DNA of 64,000 bases. Source: Rhodanobacteraceae bacterium (GTDB taxonomy: Bacteria; Pseudomonadota; Gammaproteobacteria; Xanthomonadales; Rhodanobacteraceae). The stretch lies in contig JBAUWF010000066.1 of assembly GCA_049583635.1 (NCBI GenBank), forward strand, positions 603-64,602. The letters are read 5' to 3'. The notes under the pieces were generated by a model, which did not search any database, was not told where the DNA came from, and saw only the letters and a program-made list of their open reading frames with translations. A program made the position numbers and the translations under genes. This document shows positions 36,749 to 46,800 of this stretch, piece after piece; the first letter of the stretch is position 1, and every line of letters starts with the position of its first letter.

Positions 36749-38157
36749 GTCATGCCTATCGGATATTCCACTGCGGCATCGAGCGTTGCCGCGCAGGCGC
36801 CGGCAAGTTCGAGCAGACGAAGATCGGATCCGGGCGCACCGACAAGTTGCAGGCCGATCGGAAAGCCATCCGGCAATGTGCCCATCGGCAGGCTTATCGC
36901 CGGGCAACCGGCCAGACTCGCGAAACTGGTCAGATCGGCATCGTTCGCGCGTTCGGGTTCGCTGAGGGGATACGGCCCGTGCGGTACAGTCGGACAGACC
37001 AGCACGTCGATTCCCGCGAATAGCCGGCGAGCTTGCAAGCGTGCGGCATCGATCAGGCGATCGGCGCGCACGTAATCGAGCGTCGATTTATTGCGCGCAT
37101 ATTCGAGCATTCGACGCAACCGCGGCGAAGGCGAAAATTTGTCGTCGTCCATCGCATCGGCGAGGTCGACCGCCACTTCGCTTTCCATGATGAGCAGCCC
37201 GGCTCGACGCATGCGCGCGAAATCGTAATCGGCAAAGTTGACGGTATGCGATTCGCCCAGTTCGTTGCCCAAGGACGCGACCGCGTTTGCGAATGCTTCG
37301 CGTACAGCCGGCTCGATCTCCAGTGCGCCAGCATCGATCAGCAAGCCGCTCTTCAAACGGCCCGGCTCCCAATCCGGCAACGCGAGCGGCACACGGCGGT
37401 GACGTGAACGAGGGTCCGCCGGATCCGGCACATCCAGCACCTGCAGCGCGATCGTCAAATCCTCGATCGAGCGCGTCAGGATACCGACACAATCGAGCCG
37501 GCGCGCACCGCGCGCGAGACCCACCGTCGATATCTCTCCAACGGTCGGCTTCAACGCATAAATGCCGCAATGGCTGGCCGGAATCCGCACCGAGCCAAGC
37601 GTGTCGCTGCCGAGTGCGAACGCACACAACCCCGCGGCGACGGCAACTGCCGATCCACCGGACGAGCCGCCGGCGGTAAAGCCCGCGCGAAATGGGTTAT
37701 GAGCCGGGCCAAGATGCGGACTCGCCGTCATCGTACCGAGTGCAGCTTCGTCGAGCGTGGTCTTGCCGAGCACGATTGCTCCGGCCGCGCGCAGCCGTGC
37801 CACGGCGCGCGCATCCACGCGCGCAACGTGCCCATACCGTCCTGGTAAACCGAACCCCGTCGGCAGACCGGCGACATCGAGATTGTCCTTGATCGCAACG
37901 GGCAATCCATCCAGGCGTCCGACCACGCGGCCCTCGCGCCGGCGCGCGTCGCTCGCCCGGGCCGCCGCCAACGCGCCTTCATCGAGCATCATGTAGGCAT
38001 TCAGGCGTGCGTTGTCACGCGCAATCGCCCCCTGATACGCCGCGGTCAGATGCGCGCTGTCGATGCGTCCGGCAGCAAGCCAGTGCAGCAGGTGACAGGC
38101 ACTGGCGCCGCGCAATTCCTTCTCGGTCGGTGTGTCTGCTAACGTGAGCGTCATCAT
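36742..38157 (-). CDS. amidase-signature family amidase
   Basis: 471 aa. The AS signature is GGSSGGSAVAVAAGLCAFALGSDTLGSVRIPASHCGIYALKPT, with an upstream KDN motif (PVAIKDNLDV). Confidence 0.9.
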   Translation of the reverse strand: MMTLTLADTPTEKELRGASACHLLHWLAAGRIDSAHLTAAYQGAIARDNARLNAYMMLDEGALAAARASDARRREGRVVGRLDGLPVAIKDNLDVAGLPTGFGLPGRYGHVARVDARAVARLRAAGAIVLGKTTLDEAALGTMTASPHLGPAHNPFRAGFTAGGSSGGSAVAVAAGLCAFALGSDTLGSVRIPASHCGIYALKPTVGEISTVGLARGARRLDCVGILTRSIEDLTIALQVLDVPDPADPRSRHRRVPLALPDWEPGRLKSGLLIDAGALEIEPAVREAFANAVASLGNELGESHTVNFADYDFARMRRAGLLIMESEVAVDLADAMDDDKFSPSPRLRRMLEYARNKSTLDYVRADRLIDAARLQARRLFAGIDVLVCPTVPHGPYPLSEPERANDADLTSFASLAGCPAISLPMGTLPDGFPIGLQLVGAPGSDLRLLELAGACAATLDAAVEYPIGMTC

Positions 38158-38168
38158 GTCTGCGCCGG

Positions 38169-39008
38169 ATGAGTCGAGCGATTATGCCGCAAGCACCCAC
38201 CGCAACCGACGCTGGCACCAGCGGCCGTTCGATCGATAACGCGAGCCGGCCACGATCGCGTTACCGTGAAGTGGCCGACAATCTGCGCGAGGAGATCCGG
38301 CGTGGTAAGCACCCGGTCGGGCGTTTTCTGCCAAGCGAAGCCGAACTCGGACTGCGTTTCGGCGCCAGCCGCTGGACCGTACGCGAAGCCTTGCGACTGC
38401 TCGATGACGCCGGCCTCATCACGCGTCGCCGTGGCGCCGGCAGCGTGGTGCGCAGTGCCGAAGCGCATGTCCATTTCGGACAGGCGCTGCATTCGATCGA
38501 CGATCTGATGCAGTACACCGAGGAGAGCGATTTCCGCTTGCTGCATACCGACCGATTGAACGCCGATCAGCGCATCGCCGGCTGGCTGCAGACGCGGGTC
38601 GGCACCGAATGCATCCTGTTGCATGGCGTTCGCCACGGGCGGCGATCGCACCAGATCATCGCGTGCACCGACATCTATCGGCGCGCGAGCTGGCGCGGCC
38701 TGCCGTCCGGCTACGCGAGCCAGGAAGAAGCGGTCCGCGCACTGCTCGAAGAGCAGTTCCTGGCGCGTATCGGGCGCATCGAGCAGACTCTGTCGGCACT
38801 GGCAATGCCGGTTGAGGCGGCGCACGAACTTGGCGTCGCCGCAGGCTCTCCGGCGCTGCGTGCCGTGCGTCGCTACTTCGACAACAGCGGTCGTCTGATG
38901 CTGGTGGTGGTCGCGCTGCATGCCGGCGAGTGCTTCAGCTATTCGATGCATTACAAGCGCAGTGATATCAGGCAACCAGAACCCCGGATCGCCTCCGCCG
39001 ATCCCTGA
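38169..39008 (+). CDS. GntR-family (HutC/UTRA-type) transcriptional regulator
   Basis: 279 aa. YREVADNLREEIRRGKHPVGRFLPSEAELGLRFGASRWTVREALRLLDDAGLITRRRGAGSVV, then a UTRA-like C-terminal domain. Divergent from the amidase gene with only about 11-26 nt between starts (the alternative start is 38184). Confidence 0.85.
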   Translation: MSRAIMPQAPTATDAGTSGRSIDNASRPRSRYREVADNLREEIRRGKHPVGRFLPSEAELGLRFGASRWTVREALRLLDDAGLITRRRGAGSVVRSAEAHVHFGQALHSIDDLMQYTEESDFRLLHTDRLNADQRIAGWLQTRVGTECILLHGVRHGRRSHQIIACTDIYRRASWRGLPSGYASQEEAVRALLEEQFLARIGRIEQTLSALAMPVEAAHELGVAAGSPALRAVRRYFDNSGRLMLVVVALHAGECFSYSMHYKRSDIRQPEPRIASADP

Positions 39009-39080
39009 CCGTTCGCGCGAATTGCCGCGCCGACAGCTAATCCGGACAATCAGACCCATGTACCCCGGCAGGAGCCATCA

Positions 39081-40730
39081 ATGAGCGAACGCGAAACCAT
39101 GCGCTACGACGTCGTAACGGTCGGCGCGGGTCCGGCCGGGCTCGCGTTCGCGATCCGCCTGAAACAGGTCAAGCCCGACCTCAACGTCTGCGTGATCGAA
39201 AAGGCATCGACGATCGGCGCGCAGATTCTTTCCGGCGCAGTGATCGAACCCGAACCGCTCAACGCGTTGCTTCCCGAATGGGGCGCAAATCCTCCACCGG
39301 TCTGCGTCGCGGCAACCACCGATGAATTCTGGTGGCTGCGCGACCATGCGCGCGCGATGAAACTGGCCACGCCGCCGCAGATGCACAATCACGGCAATTT
39401 CATCGTCTCGCTCGGCGCGCTGTGCGCGTGGCTCGCGCCGCAGGCCGAGGCACTCGGCGTCGATGTGTTTCCGGGCTTTGCCGCGGTCGACGTGTTGTTC
39501 GATGACCACGACGCGGTGGCCGGCGTGCGTATCGGCGACATGGGCATCGCTCGCGATGGCTCACACAAGCCGGGCTACACCGAAGGCATCGACATCGCGG
39601 CGCCGATCACGGTACTGGCCGAAGGCTGCCGCGGGCATCTCACAAAAATACTGATCAAGAAATACCGACTCGACGCAGACAGCGATCCACAAACCTACGG
39701 CATCGGCTTGAAGGAACTGTGGCAACTCCCGGAAGGCCGCGCCGAAGCGGGCAAGATCGTGCATACGATCGGCTGGCCGCTCGATCCGAAAACCTATGGT
39801 GGCAGTTTCCTGTATCACCTCGACGACAATCGCGTCGCAATCGGCCTGGTCGCCGGACTCGACTACGCCGACCCCGGGTTTTCCCCGTTTGAAGCATTCC
39901 AGCAGTTGAAACACCACCCCACGATCGAACCCCTGCTCGACGGCGGCAGTATCTTGTCAGCCGGCGCGCGCACGCTGATCGAAGGCGGCTACCAGTCGCT
40001 GCCGAAAGTCGAAATGCCCGGCGCGTTGCTGATCGGCGATACGGCGGGCCTTCTCAATGTGCCCAAAATCAAGGGCACGCATCAGGCGATCCGCTCGGGC
40101 ATGCTGGCGGCGGAGCACATCGCCGAGACGGCAAAGGCCGAGGGTTTCGATGCAAGACTGCACGCCTCGCCGGTCGTCTCGGAGCTCAAGAAGGTGCGCA
40201 ACATCCGGCCGGGCTTCCGTCGCGGTCTTTGGGTCGGCCTCGCCAATGCGGTCTGGGAAACCGCGACGGTCGGGCTGTCACCATGGACGCTGAAGAATCA
40301 TGCGGATTGGTCCTCGTTGCGCAAACTCGACGCGGCTGAAGTCGCGGCATTCGCAGGTCCAAAACGCGACGGCATCCCATCGGTCGCGCTCGAAGGCCAC
40401 GATTATGTCACCCGCAGCTTGCCGCCGCGCGATCGCGTCGCGAGTGTCTACTTCGCCGCCACCGAACACGACGAAGACCAGCCGGTGCATTTGCATGTCG
40501 CCGACACCGACATCTGCATCGGGCGCTGCGCCGAGGAATACGGCAACCCGTGCCAGCGTTTCTGTCCGGCCGCCGTGTACGAAATCATCGGCGAAGGTTC
40601 CGACAGGCGACTGCAGATCAACGCCGCCAACTGCGTGCATTGCAAGACCTGCGACATCAAGGATCCGTACCAGATCATCACCTGGGTGACGCCCGAAGGC
40701 GGCTCGGGACCGAATTACCAGAACCTCTGA
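39081..40730 (+). CDS. electron-transfer flavoprotein:ubiquinone oxidoreductase (ETF-QO)
   Basis: 549 aa. YDVVTVGAGPAGLAFAIRL (FAD binding). The C-terminal 4Fe-4S region reads CQRFCPAAVYEI...NCVHCKTCDIKDPYQIITWVTPEGGSGPNYQNL. Confidence 0.95.
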   Translation: MSERETMRYDVVTVGAGPAGLAFAIRLKQVKPDLNVCVIEKASTIGAQILSGAVIEPEPLNALLPEWGANPPPVCVAATTDEFWWLRDHARAMKLATPPQMHNHGNFIVSLGALCAWLAPQAEALGVDVFPGFAAVDVLFDDHDAVAGVRIGDMGIARDGSHKPGYTEGIDIAAPITVLAEGCRGHLTKILIKKYRLDADSDPQTYGIGLKELWQLPEGRAEAGKIVHTIGWPLDPKTYGGSFLYHLDDNRVAIGLVAGLDYADPGFSPFEAFQQLKHHPTIEPLLDGGSILSAGARTLIEGGYQSLPKVEMPGALLIGDTAGLLNVPKIKGTHQAIRSGMLAAEHIAETAKAEGFDARLHASPVVSELKKVRNIRPGFRRGLWVGLANAVWETATVGLSPWTLKNHADWSSLRKLDAAEVAAFAGPKRDGIPSVALEGHDYVTRSLPPRDRVASVYFAATEHDEDQPVHLHVADTDICIGRCAEEYGNPCQRFCPAAVYEIIGEGSDRRLQINAANCVHCKTCDIKDPYQIITWVTPEGGSGPNYQNL

Positions 40731-40844
40731 TTCGGGTATGGCGGATACAGGTGTGATGGGCTTGATCACCGCCCCGCTCAGGCGTCCGGATCGGACCAGC
40801 GTCATGCCAAGGGTAGTCTTTGACCAGAACGGGAGCACGTTGAC

Positions 40845-41834
40845 GTGAGTCGTTTCGCAGCGCGACGCTGGTTGAAAGTCATTCCGGGTGTGCAGAAATT
40901 TGCCCAATCGGCACGAGGACAGGCATTGCGCCATCGATTGGCTTTGTACCTGGAGAATCGCAAGGGATTTACGTTTACGCAATTCTTGCGCCTGCCTTCA
41001 CAGCTCGACGCCCTTAGCGGACCCGTCATGGATTTCGTCAATGCTGGCGAATTGCCGGAGCCCGTCCGCATCGTCGTCATAGGCTGTTCGAGCGGTGCGG
41101 AACCCTACACCATCGCATCGGTATTGCTCGAACGCAGGCCGGATATCGCATTCACGATAGACGCGTACGATGTCGACGCGGATGTCCTGACGATTGCACG
41201 CGCCGCCAAATATCCTGCTGATCTGGTACTCGACAATCCGTTGGTCACTCGCTATTTCATCGCGAACACATTCGAGCAGGATGGCGATCAATGGACGGTG
41301 AAGCCGCAAGTCGCGCGGCATGTTCGATTTCATCTTGCCGACGCCACCGACGTCGATGTCCGGCGGCGCATTCCTGCGGCAGACATCGTCTTCGCGCAAA
41401 ATGTGATGTGCAATCTTCAACGTCCCAAGGCAAGGCGCTTGTTTGAAAACGTCGCCGCGTTGCTCAAATCACGTTCCGCTCTGTTTCTCGCAGGTATGGA
41501 TCTCGACATGCGTCAGCGTCGCACTCGGCTGCACTCCTTGGTCCCACTCACGTTTGCGCTTGAGCAAGTCCACGATGAGGCGCGGCTGGTTCTTGGCGAG
41601 CGCTATCCTTGGTACGCGGCGGGATTGGAGCCGTTTTCACCTCTTTGCCAAAATCCCGCTCGGCGCTATTCGACTATTTTCATACGCGGAGCCGGCGCCA
41701 ATGACTTTCCGGCGCCCGCCGGACGCAAGGTTGCGGCGACCCGCGCCGGGCACGTGGGCCGGGACTCCACAAGGTCGACAGCTCGTACGCAAGCGCCAGC
41801 GTCCGGAAGACTTGCAGCCGACCCGGAACGTTGA
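40845..41834 (+). CDS. CheR-type SAM-dependent methyltransferase (orphan)
   Basis: GTG start. FTQFLRLPSQLDAL, VRIVVIGCSSGAEPYTIASVL and ADIVFAQNVMCNL correspond to the CheR FFRD / WSAGCStGEEpYS / IFCRNVLIYF blocks. GC and GC3 are visibly lower than in neighbours. The last ~50 aa look like high-GC read-through, so the true stop or frame at the 3' end is uncertain. Confidence 0.65.
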   Translation: MSRFAARRWLKVIPGVQKFAQSARGQALRHRLALYLENRKGFTFTQFLRLPSQLDALSGPVMDFVNAGELPEPVRIVVIGCSSGAEPYTIASVLLERRPDIAFTIDAYDVDADVLTIARAAKYPADLVLDNPLVTRYFIANTFEQDGDQWTVKPQVARHVRFHLADATDVDVRRRIPAADIVFAQNVMCNLQRPKARRLFENVAALLKSRSALFLAGMDLDMRQRRTRLHSLVPLTFALEQVHDEARLVLGERYPWYAAGLEPFSPLCQNPARRYSTIFIRGAGANDFPAPAGRKVAATRAGHVGRDSTRSTARTQAPASGRLAADPER

Positions 41835-41967
41835 GAACGTGGGTGGCGCGTCGGCGTAGAATTTGCTCGCGCGAATCGTCCACGCGTGACCTTCGGGACG
41901 GTCGAAGTCCACGGCGCGCGGCTATTGTCATGCTTGTCGCAACAGGCGCTCGCGGGGAATCCCGACC

Positions 41968-42741
41968 ATGACCTCATGCACGATTCGATCCAGCCTTTTG
42001 AACACGGCCGTCGTGCTGCTCACGCTCGCCGCAGCACCCACTTATGCGATGGATCGGTACGATGCGGCCGTCGCCCACCCTGGCCGCAGTGCCGGCGACC
42101 TCAAACGCGACGCAATCGACCATCCCGCCGAATTGTTGCGTTTCGCCGGCATCGAGCCCGGCATGCAGGTTCTGGACTTCTTTGCGGCCGACGGCTACTA
42201 CAGCGAACTGTCGAGCTATCTCGTCGGCCCCGACGGTCATGTGGTGCTGCTCAACAACGCACCCTACGACGCATTCGCCAACAACGGCTGGCGCGCGCGC
42301 ATCGGTCATGGCCGACTCGAGAACGTCGAGCACCGCACTGTCGATCCCGCACATATGGGCCTCGCACCCGGCTCGTTCGACGCCGTGCTCATGATCAAGG
42401 ACTATCACGATCTTTACTGGGTGGCGCCAAAAGATGGCTGGCCGAAGATCGAGGTCGGCCCGGTGCTCGATCAACTCGCCGACGCACTCAAGCCGGGCGG
42501 CATCCTGCTGCTGGTGGATCATTCGGCCAAGCCGGGTACCGGAAACGCCGCTGCAGGAACCCTGCACCGCATTGACGAGACCTATGCCCGAAAGGATTTT
42601 CAGGCGCACGGTTTCGATTTCGTGCGCACGAGTGATTTGCTGCGCAACCCCGCCGACAAACGCGATCAGCTTTCTTACAAGCCACCCATGCTCGGCAAAA
42701 CCGATCGTTTTGTGTTGCTGTTTCGCAAGCGCGCGTCCTGA
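41968..42741 (+). CDS. class I SAM-dependent methyltransferase-fold protein with signal peptide
   Basis: 257 aa. Signal-like LLNTAVVLLTLAAAPTYA. Motif I-like VLDFFAADGYY, and LKPGGILLLVDH. Resembles the COG4798-type predicted methyltransferases. Confidence 0.7.
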   Translation: MTSCTIRSSLLNTAVVLLTLAAAPTYAMDRYDAAVAHPGRSAGDLKRDAIDHPAELLRFAGIEPGMQVLDFFAADGYYSELSSYLVGPDGHVVLLNNAPYDAFANNGWRARIGHGRLENVEHRTVDPAHMGLAPGSFDAVLMIKDYHDLYWVAPKDGWPKIEVGPVLDQLADALKPGGILLLVDHSAKPGTGNAAAGTLHRIDETYARKDFQAHGFDFVRTSDLLRNPADKRDQLSYKPPMLGKTDRFVLLFRKRAS

Positions 42742-42882
42742 CTGTCGGGATATCCGCAACGCGCCGACGCACAATGGCGGCACAAGCCGGTGCAGCTGCC
42801 GCCGTCTTGACGCATGTGCAAGGCAGCGGATGACCAACCCGAACACACCGCTTCGTATTGAATTCAGGCTCGGTGTGGCACG

Positions 42883-43863
42883 ATGAAAAGCCCTGCCCAT
42901 GGACGGAGTTTTCTCCTGCAAAAACGACAACTCGGAAATTCGAACCTCGAGGTTTCGCTGGTCGGGCTCGGCTGCAACAATTTCGGCGCGCGCATCGATC
43001 TCGACGCCGCGCGCAAGGTCGTCGATGCGGCGCTCGATCACGGCATCACGCTGTTCGATACCGCCGACATCTATGGCAGCAAATGCGGCGCCTCGGAATC
43101 CGTGCTTGGTCAGGCGCTTGGTGGACGGCGCTCGCAGATCGTGCTCGCGACCAAGTTCGGCAAACCGATGGACGACGCGGACAGTCAGCCACGCGGTACG
43201 CGCAAATACATTGCTCAGGCCGCTGAAGCCAGCTTGCGACGACTGGGCACCGATTGGATCGATCTCTACCAGATGCACGAACCCGATGCGCATACGCCGA
43301 TCGAGGAGACGCTGCGCGCACTCGACGATCTCGTGCAGAACGGCAAGGTACGCGTTATCGGATGTTCCAACTTCAGCGCGATGCAGGTCAAAGAGGCACA
43401 GCAAACGGCGCGTGACACCGGGCTCACTGGCTTCATCTCGTGCCAGGACGAATACAGCTTGGTCGAGCGCGGAATCGAAAGCGACCGGTTGCCGGTAATG
43501 AAAGCCGAAGGGCTTGGCTTGCTGCCGTATTTTCCGCTTGCTTCGGGACTCCTGACCGGAAAGTACCGGCGCAATGCCGAACTTCCGGAACAATCGCGTT
43601 TTGCGCACTGGAAGGGGCTCGGCGAACGTTACATGACCGAAGCCAACTGGAACATTGTCGATGCACTGCGGACGTTCGCCGTACGGCGCGATCACAGTCT
43701 GCTCGATCTCGCGATCTCCTGGCTCGCGGCGCAAGCGCCGGTCGCAAGTGTGATCGCCGGAGCAACCAAACCGGAACAAGTCGTACAGAATGCCGCCGCG
43801 GCCGAGTGGAAACTCGACGCAGACGAATTGGCGGAAATCGACCGGCTGACGACGCAGTCGTAG
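42883..43863 (+). CDS. aldo/keto reductase
   Basis: 326 aa. LGNSNLEVSLVGLGCNNFG, GITLFDTADIYG, ATKFG, DLYQMHEPD, GCSNF. Confidence 0.9.
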   Translation: MKSPAHGRSFLLQKRQLGNSNLEVSLVGLGCNNFGARIDLDAARKVVDAALDHGITLFDTADIYGSKCGASESVLGQALGGRRSQIVLATKFGKPMDDADSQPRGTRKYIAQAAEASLRRLGTDWIDLYQMHEPDAHTPIEETLRALDDLVQNGKVRVIGCSNFSAMQVKEAQQTARDTGLTGFISCQDEYSLVERGIESDRLPVMKAEGLGLLPYFPLASGLLTGKYRRNAELPEQSRFAHWKGLGERYMTEANWNIVDALRTFAVRRDHSLLDLAISWLAAQAPVASVIAGATKPEQVVQNAAAAEWKLDADELAEIDRLTTQS

Positions 43864-43866
43864 CGA

Positions 43867-46800
43867 TCAAACGGCATCCGATGCCGCATGGGCGCAAGCC
43901 TCGGTCGGCTTCGCGCTATCGGTTCGGCGCAGAAGCGCTTTCCGGGCAGTCCATTCCAGTGCCGGATCGATCGGTTCGAGCAATGTCACTGCGCTGCCGA
44001 CCAGAGTGGCGATCGGTATCCCATCGCGGTAAAGCACGCGAGATCCCGTCAGGGTCGGCACATGTGCACCGGCAACCACATTGCCGACGAGATTGAGCGG
44101 ATCAGCGCCGCAGACGGAAACCAGAATGCCTTCGTACGATGTCTGGCGCGTCTTGCGCAGCAAACCGATCGCGTCGGGCAGTGCGAATTGCTCGCCCGAC
44201 AAGCCGGCGATGAATCGTCCGCCGCGAATCTCGCCACGCGCTTCAAGACGCTGCAATACGCGAACAAGCTCACGCCACGGCGGCAACCACGCCGCTTCGC
44301 GCGCGATCACGCGCCAGCAAACCACGCCGTAGCGGCGCAGCAAGGTCCATGCGACGAGTTCGAGTGTTTCATGCGCTATACGCGGGCGTTGCGAATCGCC
44401 GGATTGCGCAGGTGCATCGTCGCGGCGGCGTACGAGTCCCCAGCGTCCCGCATCAGCGATCCCGAACAACGCGCGCCGGCGACCGCGGCGACGCGCAGCG
44501 CGGCGCGCAGCAGGCACCAGCAACGCTCGCAGCCCCGCGAAGCTGTCGGCGTTGACGATGCCCGTCGCAACGAGTTCTCCGAGCGCATCCTCGAGTTCGG
44601 TGCGCAGCAAGCCCGTCGTCGCGACAAGCTCGTCGAAGAATGCGGCTCCACCGTGCACGAGCTGCTCGACCACGGCCTGCGCACGCGAGGACAGCGTCGA
44701 AGGCGTGGCGCCCGCGCGCCGACCGAGTGCGGTCCATTGCGCCAGATGGCGCCGCAGCAGCAAGACGATGGGTGTCGCACGCACGGGCCCAGCGCTGCGT
44801 CCGCGCGTCGGATCGTCGGTGGCACCGCGTAGTCGTGTCCACACGAGACGGCCGGCGAGACACAGATCGTCGAGCCACGACGGCTCGTAACCTTCGATAC
44901 GCGCCGGCAACAGCTCGCTTTCCCACGCGGCGGCTGGCGCCTCGTAGCCTTCGAGTTGCGCAACCACGCCGGCCAGCGCATCCGGTCCCGAAACCCGGCT
45001 GCCCGGCGCGACATGCTGCCATTCGAAGAGGAAACGCATGAAGTCGCGCGGCTCGACCGGCTCGATCTCGCGACGCAGGCGACCGACCGTATAGCGATGG
45101 ATGCGCGCGAGCAGGTGACGTTCGCACCATTCGAGCGCGCGACCCGCGGCGGTAAACTGCCCGCGCATTACGTAGCCTTCGGATTCGAGCCGCAGCAGCT
45201 CGACATCGACATCCGCGATCGCCACGCCGAGCGATCGCGCGAGTGCATCGGCGGTGGCGGGGCCGAGGCCGGTCAGACGTGCGCGCAGAATGTCGAGCAA
45301 GGCTTCTTCGCGCGTCCAGGTTTGCGACGCGTATTCGGCGGGCGCGGCAATCGGCGGCTGTCCATCCGCACTGGGGAACAGCGCACAAAACTGCGGCAGA
45401 CGTTCGGCCGGAATCCACAGACGACGCAATGCGCCAGGCGTGGCGCATGCATCGATCGAGGTCACGCGTCGCTGTGCGGCAAGTTGGTCGAGCAGGTCGG
45501 ACCATACCGGGTTCGCGTGCACTTCGTCTTCGCCGAGAAACGCGACGGCCATGAGCGCATCATGCAGCTCGTCGGCATTCGTGGCGCCGGGCCAGGCCTC
45601 GTCGCGCACCGCTGCAATCGCGCCCGGATCGAGGCGGCCGAAATCGGCGGCAGTCGCAGCATCAACCCAGCGCCGACCCGAGACCGCCTGTGTGCGGCGC
45701 TCCTCGAGCGGCGCGTCATCGAGATAGGCGTAGGGCCTCGCGCCGAGCACTTCGGCCGCGAGTGGCGAGGGTTCGGTCAGATCGCGCGCAACGACACGTG
45801 CGTCGCCGCATTCGAGCGCGCGCAGCAGATCAACCAGGCCATCGACGTCCATCGCCTCGTGCAGGCAGTCGTGCACGGTCTGGGCGACCAGCGGATGATC
45901 GGGAATCTCGCGCTCGCCGACAAGGTTCTCGGCGCAGGCGACCTGATCGGGGAACACGGTCGCGAGCAGATCTTCGGCCTTCATGCGCTGCAGTTGCGCG
46001 GGCACTTTCCTGCCACCCGTGAAGCGCGGCAACGCGAGTGCCGTGCTCGCATTCCAGCGCCAGCGCACACCGAACATCGGAGCGTCGAGCAGGGCTTGAA
46101 TCAACACCTCGCAGACCGAGCTCGAATTCAGATAACGCGCGACATCCTCTAGCGGAAAACTGTGACTGGTCGAAAGCGACAGCACGATCGCATCTTCGGT
46201 CGCCGCAGCCTGCAATTCAAAATTGAACTTGCGGCAGAAGCGCTTGCGCAACGCCAGACCCCATGCACGATTGATACGGCTGCCAAGCGGCGTGTGGATC
46301 ACAAGCTGGGTGCCGCCGGACTCGTCGAAGAATCGCTCGATCGCGATCTCGCGTCGCGTCGGCAACACGCCGAGAGCCGCCTTCGCCGCGCCGAGGTATT
46401 CGACGATCTGGCGCGCAGCCGATTCGTCGAGACCTACTTCGTCGGTCAGCCATGCCTGTGCCGCGCCGCAGGGCTGAGCACCGTGGACCGGAACAGGCAG
46501 GCGCCGCGAGATTTCCCCGCGCAGCCGCGAAACCGCGGACGACAATTCGTCGCTGCGCCCGGGCGCCTCACCGAGCCAGAATGGAATCGTCGGTGGCGCA
46601 CCGTGCGCATCCTCTACGCGCACGCGGCTGCGCTCGACGCGCAGAATGCGATAGGACATGTTGCCGAGCTGGAAGATGTCGCCCGCGATGCTTTCGACCG
46701 CAAAATCCTCGTTGACGGTGCCGATCATCTGCGCCGCGGGCTCGAGCACGACGTCGTAATCGGCGTTGTCGGGAATCACGCCACCCGAGGTAATCGCGGT

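Noticed and set aside
38154-39059. 301-aa minus-strand ORF
   Set aside because: Antisense shadow of the GntR regulator, which has a textbook winged-HTH sequence.
41974-43779. 601-aa minus-strand ORF
   Set aside because: Antisense to the periplasmic methyltransferase and the aldo/keto reductase, both of which have clear family motifs.
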